DNA from: Candidatus Magasanikiibacteriota bacterium
GTDB taxonomy: Bacteria; Patescibacteriota; Patescibacteriia; Magasanikbacterales; UBA922
Length of the DNA stretch: 64,000 bases
Assembly (NCBI GenBank): GCA_041674805.1
Contig: JBAYVA010000002.1
Span: 83,234-147,233 of the forward strand
Direction: 5' to 3'
Positions within the stretch are counted from its first letter, which is position 1; each line of letters starts with the position of its first letter. Shown here piece after piece: positions 63,923 to 64,000 of this stretch. A model generated the notes under the pieces. It was not told where the DNA came from. It made no database searches and worked only from the letters and a program-made list of their open reading frames with translations. The translations under genes were made by a program, and so were the position numbers.

Positions 63923-63950
63923 AAAAAATAGACTTAGTAGTCTATTTTTT
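63923..63950. terminator. Bidirectional terminator
   Basis: Stem atagact / agtctat flanked by A- and T-runs. Confidence 0.65.
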
Positions 63951-63951
63951 G

Positions 63952-64000
63952 TACCGCGGGCGGGACTTGAACCCGCACGACATTGCTGCCAAGGGATTTT
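63952..64000 (-). tRNA. Type II (long variable arm) tRNA, probably tRNA-Leu; 3' portion only, truncated by the window edge
   Basis: Reverse complement ..AAAATCCCTTGGCAGCAATGTCGT GCGGG TTCAAGT CCCGC CCGCGGT A. It shows a T-arm, acceptor 3' strand, discriminator A and a variable-arm hairpin. The anticodon is not fully inside the window. Confidence 0.55.

Noticed and set aside
1-64000. CRISPR arrays
   Set aside because: All tandem repeats found are 7-10-nt units in 2-4 copies without spacers of unique sequence. There are no 25-40-nt repeats with regular spacing and no cas genes.
1-64000. Alternative genetic code (UGA as a sense codon, as in some candidate phyla)
   Set aside because: Standard-code ORFs are long and uninterrupted. 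TGA terminates comM (303-305) and the 45-aa mini-ORF. No tRNA with a UCA anticodon was found. I considered reading the ATTCATC loop of the tRNA-like RNA as a UCA anticodon, but the flanking stem does not pair.

Overview
This is an AT-rich, gene-dense bacterial chromosome segment read by eye with the standard genetic code: long ORFs are uninterrupted and TGA is used as a stop. It contains the replication-origin neighbourhood. dnaA-dnaN lie on the minus strand, diverging from rpmH-rnpA-yidD on the plus strand, with DnaA-box clusters on both sides of dnaA and a gene-strand switch there.

Most of the rest is housekeeping:
- Replication and recombination: polA, holA, rmuC.
- Translation and protein folding: tig, gatB, miaA, miaB, an RluB-like pseudouridine synthase, rpsT, and 10 complete tRNAs plus one partial.
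- Cell envelope: PBP1A, a LysM-M23 peptidase, a 3D-domain protein, SanA.
- Energy and ions: a membrane H+/Na+ pyrophosphatase, a Kef-type antiporter.
- Oxidative stress: msrB, msrA, tspO.
- A compact dC-to-dTTP operon: dCMP deaminase, NMP kinase, dut, thyA, folA, tmk.

Several traits suggest a reduced-genome, Patescibacteria/CPR-like organism. These are lysine-rich tails on L34 and S20, giant membrane-anchored surface proteins built from lamin-tail, PKD, Calx-beta-like and cadherin-like modules, and many lineage-specific orphans. This placement is inference only.

Observations most worth a second look:
1. A roughly 0.58 kb GC-rich, GC3-rich island between tig and hppA, carrying two Shine-Dalgarno-led mini-genes (a 45-aa TM peptide and a 63-aa CPxC..CPxC zinc ribbon) plus strong hairpins.
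2. A standard-length tRNA-Ala-like RNA gene that keeps a G3:U70 acceptor stem and T-arm but has no recognisable anticodon arm.
3. Families of short GC-rich direct repeats near start codons and promoters. These include a 21-nt element shared, in opposite orientation, by the tig leader and the dut-thyA spacer, and a 43-bp element shared by the tig and polA upstream regions.
4. An APRT-like phosphoribosyltransferase fused to a RibD/CDA-type deaminase.
5. A GGDEF-type cyclase with an SGDEY motif.
6. Two tandem paralogous giant adhesin-like genes with duplicated leaders.
7. A tyrosine recombinase next to tRNA-Arg, with tRNA fragments and a 14+4+14 palindrome nearby.

No CRISPR array, rRNA, transposase or prophage was seen. 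All calls come from reading the sequence and the ORF translations. No searches or computations were run, and RNA and motif coordinates are hand-derived (about +/-2 nt).
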